This document shows positions 13,870 to 25,747 of a DNA stretch of 42,572 nucleotides, piece after piece (position 1 is the stretch's first letter; each line of letters begins with the position of its first letter). A program made the position numbers and the translations under genes. The notes under the pieces were generated by a model, which searched no databases, was not told the origin of the DNA, and saw nothing but the letters and a program-made list of their open reading frames with translations. The DNA is from Seison nebaliae (taxonomy: Eukaryota): contig JALJEE010000916.1 in NCBI GenBank assembly GCA_023231475.1, positions 1 through 42,572 on the forward strand, given 5' to 3'.

Positions 13870-14736
13870 ATGATGAGTGATTTTATGAAAAAAAAGAATA
13901 ATATTTATTTGAATGAGAGAATGAATCATATGAAGAAGAATATTGATCGTTTATCAAATCAAACCAAATCCGAAAAATCTCGAAGTGACACTTTCATCTT
14001 TAAATCAGGAGAGAAGAGGAAAGTTATCGTTGATGACAACGACACTTCTCTCCCTCCCAAAAGAACAATGACCACAATAGATTTCCGATCGAAACAATTA
14101 GACAATATTCCCACAACATCATCTCTCCATGTGAAAAGGATTAATGATCAATTTCATCAAGATTCTATCATCTCTTCTAACAATAACGTACATATTCATC
14201 AATCTTTTTCACATACAGGAATTCCGATAACTTCGAAAACTCATCAACAAAATGTATCGTCATTCTCCTCCACCGCCACCATCACCTTATCGACTAATCG
14301 ACCTCCAATAAATTGTGTACGAAATCAATTTCCGACGAATGGAAATCATTCTCAATTCGAACATCAAAAGAGAGAGCCGATTGATTTGAGTAAAATGTCT
14401 GCATTATTCAAAGATGATTCAGAATTGTCGAATGTGAATGAAGAATCGATGATAAAAGGATTTCATCCATATCGACGATTTAAGAATGATGGTAAGAAGC
14501 ATGCATTATTACCCCCAATGATTACTACACCCAATCCATTATCGTTCACTGGTTTGAAGGAAATGAGTGAAATTTCTAGTTCGAATTTTTCTTTTCATAT
14601 AAATAGTCTTGGTAGTCACATACTCCCATCGACTTATATGTCATTTGATGGTCTACCTCATAAAAATTCGTCGAATGACTCAGATAATTTATTCGTCGAT
14701 TATTTTCATCGGAAAATTACAGGAATGGACAAATGA
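13870..14736 (+). CDS. Hypothetical low-complexity S/N/K-rich protein, 288 aa
   Basis: 867-bp ORF in very AT-rich DNA, divergent from ARL6; no recognisable domain. Confidence 0.55.
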   Translation: MMSDFMKKKNNIYLNERMNHMKKNIDRLSNQTKSEKSRSDTFIFKSGEKRKVIVDDNDTSLPPKRTMTTIDFRSKQLDNIPTTSSLHVKRINDQFHQDSIISSNNNVHIHQSFSHTGIPITSKTHQQNVSSFSSTATITLSTNRPPINCVRNQFPTNGNHSQFEHQKREPIDLSKMSALFKDDSELSNVNEESMIKGFHPYRRFKNDGKKHALLPPMITTPNPLSFTGLKEMSEISSSNFSFHINSLGSHILPSTYMSFDGLPHKNSSNDSDNLFVDYFHRKITGMDK

Positions 14737-15103
14737 TTCCTTATTGGTCAAAGACATCATCAATGACATTCTAAATGTCTTTTCTCATTTTTATAAGTTT
14801 CATAAGAATTTTAGTTTATTTTATTTTTCCGAAAATATTCTTTTGCGCATATAAATAAATAAAGGGAATATTGGACATTTTCTTCGTTCTGTGAGAGGGA
14901 ATTCATCATATTCATCATATAAATGAATAATTGTAAGAGAAGAATGTGAAGAAGATTTGTGGGAAGAAGGAAAGAAAAGAAAAAATTAAATGAAATTCGA
15001 CGTGTTTTTCCCATTAAGAATTATTATATAAATATTTGTTTTGAAATCAAATAGACAAGATTCATGACCTTCATTCAATTTCGTGATAGGAATTATCTTC
15101 ATC

Positions 15104-15117
15104 GTTACCATAGTGAT
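15104..15117. promoter_or_regulatory. Candidate RFX X-box upstream of the IR gene
   Basis: GTTACCATAGTGAT; its reverse complement ATCACTATGGTAAC fits RTHNYY-WT-RRNRAC. It lies ~112 bp upstream of the ATG at 15229. Confidence 0.55.
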
Positions 15118-15228
15118 TCGGAATATTTCATTGTAATTTCCATGAGAAGAATGATCAATTTCCATTTTTCCTCATTACCTTTCCATGTTCACTAAATTCT
15201 GCATCATTCCATTCACTTTCAATCGAAA

Positions 15229-17184
15229 ATGATTATTCGATTTCTATTAACTTCTGTTAATTTCTCTTCCTTCCTTATTTCCATATAATTTCTTTTATAG
15301 TTCATCATATCAACTGATGGTAAAATGAACGATTATATTTTCGCTAATCTCAACATGACTCTTCCAACCTTTGTCCGTTTTTCTGCAATTCAAGTTCGAT
15401 TTTCATCCAAATTTTTTTTTTGTGCATTTCTTGTGCACAGAAAATTCCTTTTATTATTGGGAGGTGTGAGGAAGTCGTTTGTCAATTGAGTAGTGAAGAT
15501 AGTAGAGAAGAACTTGAATTTTATGGATATTCTATCGACTTGTTATACGAAATAGCGAAAGAGTTACGATTCAAGTGGACATTAGACGTTTATGATCAAA
15601 ATCATTTAAATGGAAATCAATCAATCTACCATGAGAATTTATGGAACAATGATGCAATCGAATATTTAATTAATCTCTTAAAAAATAATGTTTTGAAATT
15701 TTCCTTCATAATAAAATTTAAATTAATTCCTCTTTAATTGAAAGGAGACTGATGTATTATTTACTCCAATTACGGCGACATGGACAACAGCCAACCAAAT
15801 TGATTTAACTTTACCTTTTTATGGTTTTTCAGGTTTGTCTATTCTTATGCAACGACATGAAGATAATCAATCGATCTGGAGTTTCATTTCCGAAGTATTC
15901 GATTGGCGTGTTTGGTTAGCTATCGGAGGAACTATCATATTAACCGGATTGACGATTGCATTTATTGAACGTGTTTCTCCTTATTCGGTGACGAATAGTA
16001 CAAATGAAGATCGTTTACTTAATGGCCATTTAAAATATTCGTTGAAAGAAAGTTTATGGTTTGCTTTCGGTAGTTTCTTATTAAGCAGTGGAGAGAGACC
16101 ACCAAATCCAATATCAGCTCGAGCATTACTCACTGCCTTTTGGTTCTTTTCTACTGTTTGTATCTCAACATATCAAGCGAACTTGGCAGCTTTTCTTACT
16201 TCATCTCGTCTTACAACTGCCATCACTTCTGTACAAGATTTAGCAGCACAATCTGATATAAAATATTCAGTCGTCAATGGATCAGAAGCGCACAGATATT
16301 TTCGTCAAATGAGAGATATCGAAGAAGAGTTTTTTAATTTTTGGAAAAAAATCTCGTTAAGTGATCACGTTATTCAACAAACGAATTATGATTTTAATTT
16401 ATCTAAGCTCTACAATGATTCTCGATTATTAAATCAGATGTCAACTCATACGGTGATGAATTTGAATTCAGATGAATTTAGCAGTCCAGCTAGATCAGGT
16501 CGATTAGCCATTTGGGATTATCCTTTAGATGACACGTTTACCCAATTATGGAATAGTATGTCTGATGTTGGCTTATTAAACGGTCCGATTGATGGTTTGA
16601 AATTAGCACTACGTGATTCCAGTTTTGCTTTCATTTATGAAGAAACAGCTGCGAAATTTGAAGAACAACATAATCCTCATATGATAACGGTCGGTTCGTC
16701 ATTTTCAATGAGACCGGTAGTTTTTGGTGTACAGAAAGAAAGTCAATTAACGAAATTATTGGATCGTTGTTTAGTGTTTCTGAAACAAAATGGAGTTGTA
16801 CAAAGATTAAAGACGAAGTGGTGGGAATCGTCAGATGTGGTCTATAAGGAAATATCTAAAAATTTCAAATTGAAAAATTTCGATCAAAGTTTCGAAATTA
16901 TGAAAGAAATTCATTCAAAAGATCTTGACCATACTTTAAAATCGTCGGGGAGGAGTCAAGAACCGAATAATATCATTTCTCTTAACACTTTGGGTGGAGC
17001 CTTCATTATTTTATCGATTAGTTTGTGTATCGCCTTATTATCATTGATAGTGATGCACATCCAATATATTATTGGTTGTAATAGATGTCGTTCAATCAAC
17101 AATAATTCAACAGAAAACGACAATAATAATATTTCAAGAAATGGAAATACTAGACTTAATAGTAATGTGTTAATAATTAATTAA
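15229..17184 (+). CDS. Ionotropic receptor, IR25a/IR8a-like variant iGluR lacking the ATD, ~602 aa; exons 15229-15255, 15301-15393, 15441-15689, 15745-17184
   Basis: S1 FYGYSIDLLYEIAKELRF and IDLTLPFYGFSGLSILM; M1; M2 SLKESLWFAFGSF; M3 STYQANLAAFLTSSRL; S2 with the co-receptor loop YFRQMRDIEEEFFNFWKKISL...LAIWDYPL; LKTKWW; M4 LNTLGGAFIIL. Three frame-preserving introns and a short hydrophobic N-terminus. Confidence 0.85.
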
Positions 17185-17284
17185 GAAAGAATTTTTCAAA
17201 TTTTTTATTTAGTTAATTCAATTTTTAATTAATGAAATTTCAACATTGTTAATCGATCATAATATTTTTATCGTCTACGAATAT

Positions 17285-20200
17285 TTAAACTTTCTTATTC
17301 CATAATTTAAAGAATCCACTTCCACTGCCAGACATTGAAGAGAAACTTGGCATCATATTTCCATTAACCGATTGTTGTGATGAACCTTGCATTTGTCCCT
17401 GTGTTTGACCTTGAACGGTTTTCGATGATCCAACATTTTGTTGCATATTCACTTGTTCTTGGGCTTGACCTTGATCTTGGGTACTTGACCAACCGGGTCT
17501 TCCGTGTTGTGTCCCCACTTCTTTTTGTGCTTGTTGTTGAACTTGTTGCGATTGAGCGACATTCATTGAGTTCATGTTCTTGTTATGGCTTTGTTGACCT
17601 TGTTGGTTGAAACTGTGGAATTGTGAATTCATTCCACTCATAAAACCTTTACCCATTCCAAATCCCATTCCCATTCCCATCATGCTACCTTGAGCTTGTC
17701 CTTGCATTTGTCCACTGGTCATTCCTGATTTAACTCCACCTTTGTTCATCACATTCATATTTGCTTGTTGTTGTCGTTGAGCTTGTCCATTCTGACCAGA
17801 AATAAAACCAGTTCCTGCTACAAAACCTGAAGCTTGTCGTTGGCCTTGTGTTTGTTTATTAACTGCCCCAAATTGACCAAAATTTCCATTCATTTGATTG
17901 ATATTTGCTTGTGCCTGACCTTGTTGTTGGACTGTTTGGGAATTTTTTCCAACTCCACTTAAACTTTCTGTTTGTTGCATTTGTTTCTGTTGTTGCATTT
18001 GGTTAGATGCGAAACCGGCTTTACTTCCACTTCTCATAGCTGAACTTTGTCCTTGCATTTGTCCACTGACCATTCCTGAGTTAACTCCACTTGGTCTGAA
18101 GGAGTTCAAGTTTGCTTGTTGTTGTCCCTGTTGTTGAAGGTTTTGGCCCGACACAAAGCCGCTTCCTGCAACAAAACCGTTAGAGCTACCTTGGAATTGC
18201 CCTTGTGCTTGCTTATTATTTTCAACCAAATTCCCGTTCATATTATTCATATTTACTTGTTTTTGACCTTGTTCTTGAATTGTTTCTGAAATTTTTTTAC
18301 TTCCACTCGAACTTTCCACTTTTTGCATTTGTGCTTGCATTTGATTTGCACTTAAATTGGGTTTACTTCCAAATCCCATTCCCATCATACTACCTTGAGT
18401 TTGTCCTTGCATTTGTCCACTTGCCATTCTTGAGTTAATTCCACCTTTGTTCATTATATTCATATTCGCTTGTTGCTGGTGTTGTCCAGACATATAACTG
18501 CTCCCACCTGCTACAAAACCTGAAGCTTGTTGTTGGCCTTGTGCTTGTTTATTAACTGCCCCAAATTGACCGAAATTTCCATTCATTTGATTGATATTTT
18601 GTTGTGCCTGAGCTTGTTGTTGGACTGTTTGGGAATTTTTTCTAACTCCGCTTAAACTTTCAGTTTTTTGCATTTGTTTCTGTTGTTGCAATTGGTTAGA
18701 AACAAAACCGGTTTTACTTCCACTTCCCATAGCTGAACTTTGTCCTTGCATTTGTCCACTGGCCATTCCTGCATTTATTCCACCTTTGTTCATCACATTC
18801 ATATTTGCTTGTTGTTGTCTTTGAGCTTGTCCATTCTGACCAGAAATGAAACCACTTCCTGCTACAAAACCTGAAGCTTGTTGTCGTTGACCTTGTGCCT
18901 GTTTATTAACAGCTCCAAACCGACCAAAATTCCCGTTAATTTGATTGATATTCTCTTGTGCTTGACCTTGCTGTTGGACTGTTTGGGAATTTTTTCCAAC
19001 TCCACTTAAACTTTCAGTTTTTTCCATTTGGCTTTGTTGTTGCATTTGATTAGATGCGAAAACGGCTTTATTTCCATAAGTTTCGGCAATATGATTCGTG
19101 TTTAACTGTTGCTTTTCTTGGTTAAGTGTATCTTTAGAAGAATATTCCATTTTCCCAGATTCGGTTTCAGTTTGCTGATTTTTATTTTGGTTTTGTACTC
19201 CTCCAGAAATGTATGCGGTTTTAGCTACAAATCCTGATTTAGTACCTTGTTCTTGTACCTGTTCATTTGTTGATTCATATTTACCAAAATTCTTATTTAC
19301 CATGTTTGTATTCGATTGTCCTTGTTTCTGTTGATCTACGGATTGTCCCATATATTTATTACTGTAAGTTTCCGTTTTAGTTCCTTGTGCTTGTTTCTGT
19401 ACTTGCGCTTCTTGATTATTATATTGATTTTCTCCTACAAATGTTGATGAACTTCCATTGTGTTGTTGTTGTTCTGTTTGTTGTACAAATTGGCCAATAT
19501 TACCGGAATTTGCTTGTTGCTGGTTCTGATATGTTTCGGACGATTGCTGGTTGACTTTTTCCTTTTGTTGTTGTTGTTGCAGTTCAATTTTATTTCCTAA
19601 TGTTTGACCACTTTCAACTGCGGCAACACTTTGTTGAACTTGTTTCTGTTGAATTGCGTTTCCTGCTACAAAATTAGTTCCGGATATAATTTGTTGTTGC
19701 TCTTGTTTGTTCGATTGATCAAACTTTCCTGAGTTTTGATTAATTACCTGTGAGTTTATTTGTTGTGTATTCTCACCAGTATACTTATAATTTGAATTAG
19801 GTTGGTTTAGTGGAAGTTCATTTTGACCAGTTTTTGATTCCATTCCATACTTATTATTTTTATTTTGCGATATTTGTTCATACTGATTATTCCCAATAAA
19901 TTTAGATTTTTCTTCGTATTTCATTTGGTTGTTTTCCACTTGTTGATCTATTTCTCCATATTTTCGATTATTGTTCATCAAATTAACATTTTCAAATTGA
20001 ATATTTTGTTTATTCGTGTTTAGTTGATTAGACATTTGATTTTCAGTGTAACTTCCTTCAACTATATTCGATTTTCCGCTTACGAATTTTTGCGACGATT
20101 TCTCTTCTATAATATTCGATTCTTTTCTAGTCTGTTGCGAATATTGATTCGAAAATTTATTTTGTTGTTCAACTAATTTTTGTTGTTGAAGTTGTTGTTG

Positions 20201-23200
20201 TTGTTGTTCAAATAATTTTTGTTGCTGTTGTTGTTGTTCAAGTAATTTTTGTTGTTGTTCTTGTTGTTGTTGGAGTAATTTTTGTTGTTGTTGCTGTTGA
20301 AGCAATTGTTGTTGTTGTTGCTGTCTTTGCCATTCAAGTTGGTTTGTTGGTCGTAAATTGTTTTCCAACGTTTTCTGTTGATCTATTTTCAATCTTTGCA
20401 TTTCATTCAATTTTGCTTGTGCCTCCAATTGACTCTGTCTCTGTTTTTCTACGCGTGCTTGTTGTTCGGCGATTATGTTTTCTTGTTGTACATTAAAATA
20501 TTTTAGTTGCTCCTCTTGTGTTCCTTGATAATTTTTCTGTTGTTCTTGTTGATTTTGTTGGTAAGTTTTGTACGAGTTCTTTTGTTCATTTGTCATTTGG
20601 TTAAATTGTTGGACAACTTGTTTTTCATTGTTAATCTGAGATAAACCTTGTTTAATACCCGAATTCACTTGGTTTATTTGATTCTTTTGAACAACATTTT
20701 GTTGTTGTTGTTGTTTTTGTTGTTGACTAGCGACATTATTTGTTTGTTGTTCATTATTTATAACTTTTTGATTAAATTGGGGAGAGAAGGATGAAACTGA
20801 AGAAGACGAACCGTATTGTTTGTTAGTATTAGAAAATTGTGCTTCATTTCCAAATTGATTATTGTAATTGGAATATCGAGAATTACTTTCTTCCACTTTC
20901 TTATTTGAACTTACTACACTATTTGTTTGATAATTGTTCATTTGTTGATTAAATTGATTTTTCTCATTATTCAACATCATTTGGTTCTTTTGAAGTCCTG
21001 CATTCTGTTGGACGTTCTTTCCCGACTGATATTGTGGAGAAATGGCAAATTGATTTGATACATTTTGTTGAAATAAATTCTTTCGATTTTTCTTCATTTG
21101 TTTTCTCATTTGTTTTCGATATTTTCTTCGTTGTTGTCTACTTAACATTCTTTCTTGTTCTTCAGACAAAATTTGGAAATTGCTATTCGTAAATTCTACG
21201 TCATTAGTCTCCCCTAACATATTATCCTCATTCTGAATATTATTCTTCAATTTCGAATTTATATTCTCCCATTTATTTTGTTGCATCTTTTCCAAATTTG
21301 TATTCTGTGCAAAAGATTCTTTTTGTTGATTCGTATTTACCGTTCCCCAACGTTTTGTATCAACAACTCCAACTGTCTTTCCTTCATTAAAATTTTTCGA
21401 TTTGATATAACTTTCTTTCGCAATTTTCTCATTCAAATGTTTCAAAGTTTCCGTGACTTTATCCACCGTATCTGTCGGTTTCATTTTTAACCATTTTTCA
21501 TCAACCTTCTCGACATTTGTAAGTGCTTGTTCTTGTAATTGTTGTTCTTTTGACATTACATTCCAATTTTTATTTTGTTCCCACGAATTCTCATGTTTTT
21601 GTTCTTGATTTTCCATTTTTGTGACTTGTTTATCAAAATTTTTATTATGATAATTCATCATATTCTTATTCTCATTCTGAATTACATTAAAACTATTTTG
21701 TTGTTGTTGTTGTTGTTGTTGATAGGTCTTCTGGTTAAAATTGCCCATGTTATTTGTCATTTGTTGTTGTAATTGTTTTTGATAAGTTGTCTGATCTTTG
21801 TTTCCGAAATTATTTGTTATTTGTTGTTGTTTCTGTTCATTGAATGAAACAATATTACTCCTTTCATTCTCTTGTTTATGTTGCTCGAATTGGGAAAATT
21901 GATTTTGCTTATTTTCATAATTCACATTATATTTATTGTCAATTTCTTTTTTTTGATTATACTGAAATTGGGATGACTGTTTATCTTTTAAATAATTTCC
22001 GTTAATCACATTATTGGTCAATTTTACATTTGTGTTTTCTCCATCCAAATTGTTCACAAATGGAACAATTTCAATATTATTAAGTTTTGGTTGTCTCAAC
22101 GGATTATCTTTCGGTTTCCATTGTCCATTTGCAACTTGAGAATTCATTCTTTGTGAGAGCATAATTCCACCGTAAGCATCTGAAAATTCTTTTGTAATAC
22201 ACGATTTGATTTCATCACTAAAGCGATGATTTGCTGGACATTTGATGACAGAAGCGAAACCATTTTGATGACAAGTAATAAATTTCTCTGGATTGGGATG
22301 TCGAAAGATGAAACGACCAGCTAAAAATGTATCTCGATTACATGGATTTGGGATAGATTCGGTTGAACATTCAGGTTCATAGAATTTGTTAGGACAAATA
22401 CAATTATAACCACCACTGTATTCCTTACAAATACCGCCATTCTTACAGGGATTCGGATGGCAATAACGAATTTTTTCTTTACATTCTTCTCCTTGATATC
22501 CTTTTTTACAAACGCACATTAATTCCTCTCGTTCACTCAACTGACATTCTTGGAATTCGTTACATTGTTTCACTGAACATTTCAGTTCGACTAACGACGG
22601 AGGATATCGGAGACAAGCTCGTTTCAAAGGATTCCAAAAGAAATTTTTTTGACAACTGAAAAAGGTGGGACGTCCCAAACCATCACATAGATAATAGAAT
22701 TGTTTATTGGGGAGGAAAGTGAAAAATTTTCCTTTGCTTATCGAATTGGAACATTCACTTAATTTCATCATCTTTTCTCCTTCTCCTATCATCCATTCGT
22801 TACTAAACAACTTATATGATTGACAGACATATCCATTGATTAAGTCGATACATTCTCCAATTCCACAATCATTCTTTTCACAATCGTCCACATTGATCGA
22901 ACAATCCAATCCGGCGAAACCGACTTTACATTGGCACATATATCGTTCGTTATCCACATTGAAACATTTCCCATTGTTCTTACAAGCGTTATCTATTTTC
23001 TCACAAGGTTTCAAATTTGTCTCACTATTATCACATCGAAGTGTTTTCAAATTGAATTTGGTTTGAGATGGACATGAATGAAGAAAAGTTTCCGAACTGT
23101 ATCCACATTGAATAAATTTCCTTTCATCTTTCTCATAAGGAAATACATCATTAATTTTTGCTTTAGCACATGGATTCGGTTCTAGAACAATGACAAATAG

Positions 23201-23364
23201 TTAAAATTGAAAGTTTAAGTTTTATTGAAGAAAAAAAAACCTAGTTCAATTTTTATTGACCAAATAGATCCTGATGGAAAAATAATGAAAAAAAAACATT
23301 AAAAAAAAGTTGAAATTTGAATTTAACCGAATGAGAGAATTGAAATAAAAAATATTGTTAACAT
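17285..23364 (-). CDS. Secreted protein, ~1987 aa: signal peptide, three chitin-binding-like (CBM14-like) modules alternating with two EGF pairs, then ~1600-aa Q/N/G-rich tail; exons 23364-23328, 23270-23241, 23181-17285
   Basis: Spliced start MLTIFFISILSFGSIWSIKIELEPNPCAK...FPYEKDERKFIQCGYSSETFLHSCPSQTKFNLKTLRCD; EGF motifs CKNNGKC...CQCKVGFAGLDC and CHPNPCKNGGIC...CICP; further 4-Cys modules (FYYLCDG...SCQKNFFWNPLKRAC, KFITCHQ...KCPANHRFSDEIKSC); 5.9-kb open exon. Confidence 0.85.
17690..19062 (-). repeat. Four tandem ~350-bp (~115-120 aa) coding repeats
   Basis: The unit FASNQMQQQ..M.KTESLSGV.KNSQTVQQQ.QAQ.NINQ.NGNFG.FGAVNKQ.QGQ..ASGFVAG...QQQANMN.MNKGG...M.SGQMQGQ recurs with starts near 19060, 18705, 18355 (diverged) and 18013. 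Confidence 0.85.
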
Positions 23365-23784
23365 CTTCTCAATAAGATAAGTAATGTTATGAAGAGGAAA
23401 AGGAAAAAGACAATTAATTTATACCTTTTCCCAATCATACCTGATGATGCTGACACCACCATAATAGTTTGACAATTAAGTGATTGACATCTCTGCTGAT
23501 TTTCTAATCAAACCAAAGTTCAAATACTTCTGACAAACCTTCATAGAAGATACATAAGAAATTGTTAAAAATTTACTTCATTATAATGAAAATATTCCCA
23601 TCCTTTTTCGAAGGAACTACTATTAGAAAAATGTGAAATAATTAAGAAGGAATGTCCAATTGATTCAATCATAACGACTGTGAGTTCGTTTACACTACCG
23701 AACTCTCATAACATTTTGTGTTTCTTATTAAAATTGTCAAAAATTGTTAATGAAGGAAGTATGAGATAATATGGGCTCGTTAAT

Positions 23785-25134
23785 TTATTGGGACGTATAA
23801 GCAGATATGACAGAGATGGCAAAACCAAGAAGAATTCCAGTATGTTCACACAAAGTAATCCAAAGTCGTACGGTTCTTCCTGACTTCTGATCATTATCTT
23901 TGTTAGCTCGGAAATTATTGTAAAGTTTTTCTTTCTGTTTTCGTAATTCTGGCAACTGTTTTTCATATGAAATTTCCCATTTTTATACATACGGAAAATT
24001 GAGGTAGAATTGTATGAAATGTATAATTTTAATAAATTTTTAATGAACAAATCGAAATTTACTAACGACAGTTCCAAGTGCTATGTAGAAGAACATTCCT
24101 GCTGCGAATAGGAGGACATATTTATTAATCATATTCCACTTATGTCCTACCAATGAACCGATCAACATTCCGACATAACAACTCAATCCTGAAAATAAGT
24201 TCCAACGAACTGCTTGACACGGTTGCATACCAGAACTCAACAGAATTGCAAAGTCACCTAAAACGTTTGTTTGGAGAATGAAAATGAAAAACGCAACGAA
24301 TAAATTAAAACCTAATTCATGAGGTAATTCTTCAAAGAAGACTGCTATTGATACAAACAGACCAGTTTTCAATGAGGAATTGAATGATGTTCCAATTGCC
24401 AATCCATCAACAAAATTGTGTACAGAATCTCCAATTATAATGAGGTAACTACTACTACCAGGCGTGGAATGAGAATGTCCATGATCATCATTCTTTTCTC
24501 TTCTAATAATGTTCATTTCATGATCAGTTTCTGCTAATAAATTCTCTATAAATATAATTTTATGATAATTCATAGTAATGGTAAAAGATGGAAACCGTTT
24601 TGGTTATTTTGTTCTGTCATCGTTTTCTCATCATCCTAAATCCGAAAAACATGACACTGATGTAATGACAAAGGAAAAACTTTCTTTCTCGATCTCATGG
24701 CACAAATAATTTCATCCAATATGAGAAAGGCATAAACACCAAAACAAATGAATAGCAAACTGAAATTGGATATGGTTAAATTGGTACCTTCGACTAGACC
24801 CTGAAAGAATTGAATTACAACAATTGTCATTAAATCGCCTTCTAACCAAAGGTAATAAATGGAGGACGGCTGTTGAACTCAATGTCGCTACACTTAATCC
24901 TATTAAAGTTAGAATAATCCACGGGTAAATCCCAAACGTCATACATGGCGTCAATAACCATCCGAAAGCGCCGCAAGCATTGATGAGTGTAACAGCTGTA
25001 AAACTATATAGCAACACTGGAAATAAAAATAATATAATGAAGATGATGATATGTAAGAGATGATGAGACAGTTTCGAATTAGAAGGAGAATATTGAACAA
25101 TATATTAACCATATTTTAATAATGGTTTAGTCAT
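23785..25134 (-). CDS. SLC39/ZIP LIV-1-subfamily metal transporter, ~316 aa; exons 25134-25110, 25016-24847, 24800-24681, 24635-24596, 24545-24312, 24257-24067, 23955-23785
   Basis: GLSVATLSSTAVLHLLP; His-rich loop DHGHSH; TM4 GDSVHNFVDGLAIG; TM5 FFEELPHELGDFAILL; AAGMFFYIALGTV|LPEL; last TM HTGILLGFAISVI. The first exon is less certain. Confidence 0.9.
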
Positions 25135-25747
25135 TTCATTAATTTATTAATATTTCTTCACCTTTTCTTTATTATAGATGATAATTGTTAAATATTATTG
25201 TTGTCTTCTCTTGTTCATTGTTTGAGTGGTCGAAAGAAATATTAATGTGGAATTTGTAACTTAAAAAAATTTCTTCCTCTTTTTTTAACTTATAACTCTG
25301 AAATTCATATATATATCGTCAATATATAGGTACGTCCCACAATGAGAAGAATTTTATGTAAATAAGAATCGTATGTGTGGGAAATTTAAGTGAATTATTT
25401 TAATATCTTTCCGAAAATGAAACAATCTAATTTACTTTATTTATCTTCTCCAAATTATTACTTCGAAATATTAGAGAACTAAAATTTCTTATTAGTTTTA
25501 TTTTCAGTTGTTTTGAAATTAAACGAAAATTTCCTTCACTGGAAATTTATTAATAATCATTTACCAACCGTTTAATCTCAAATATTTCATTTCTCCATTG
25601 AACTTTAAATAAATTTTTATAATTTTTTATTTAAATGTTTTAATTAAATTTATTCTTTTACTTTTATGTATAATAAATATGTAATTTTTAATACATCCTT
25701 TGATTGCTGACATATATATTGATGTAAACGAATCGAACGATCTCTAA

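Noticed and set aside
23706..24077. 123-aa minus-strand ORF as the ZIP C-terminus
   Set aside because: Wrong frame. The real last exon (23955-23785, LPEL...GILLGF) is in another frame after a 111-nt intron.
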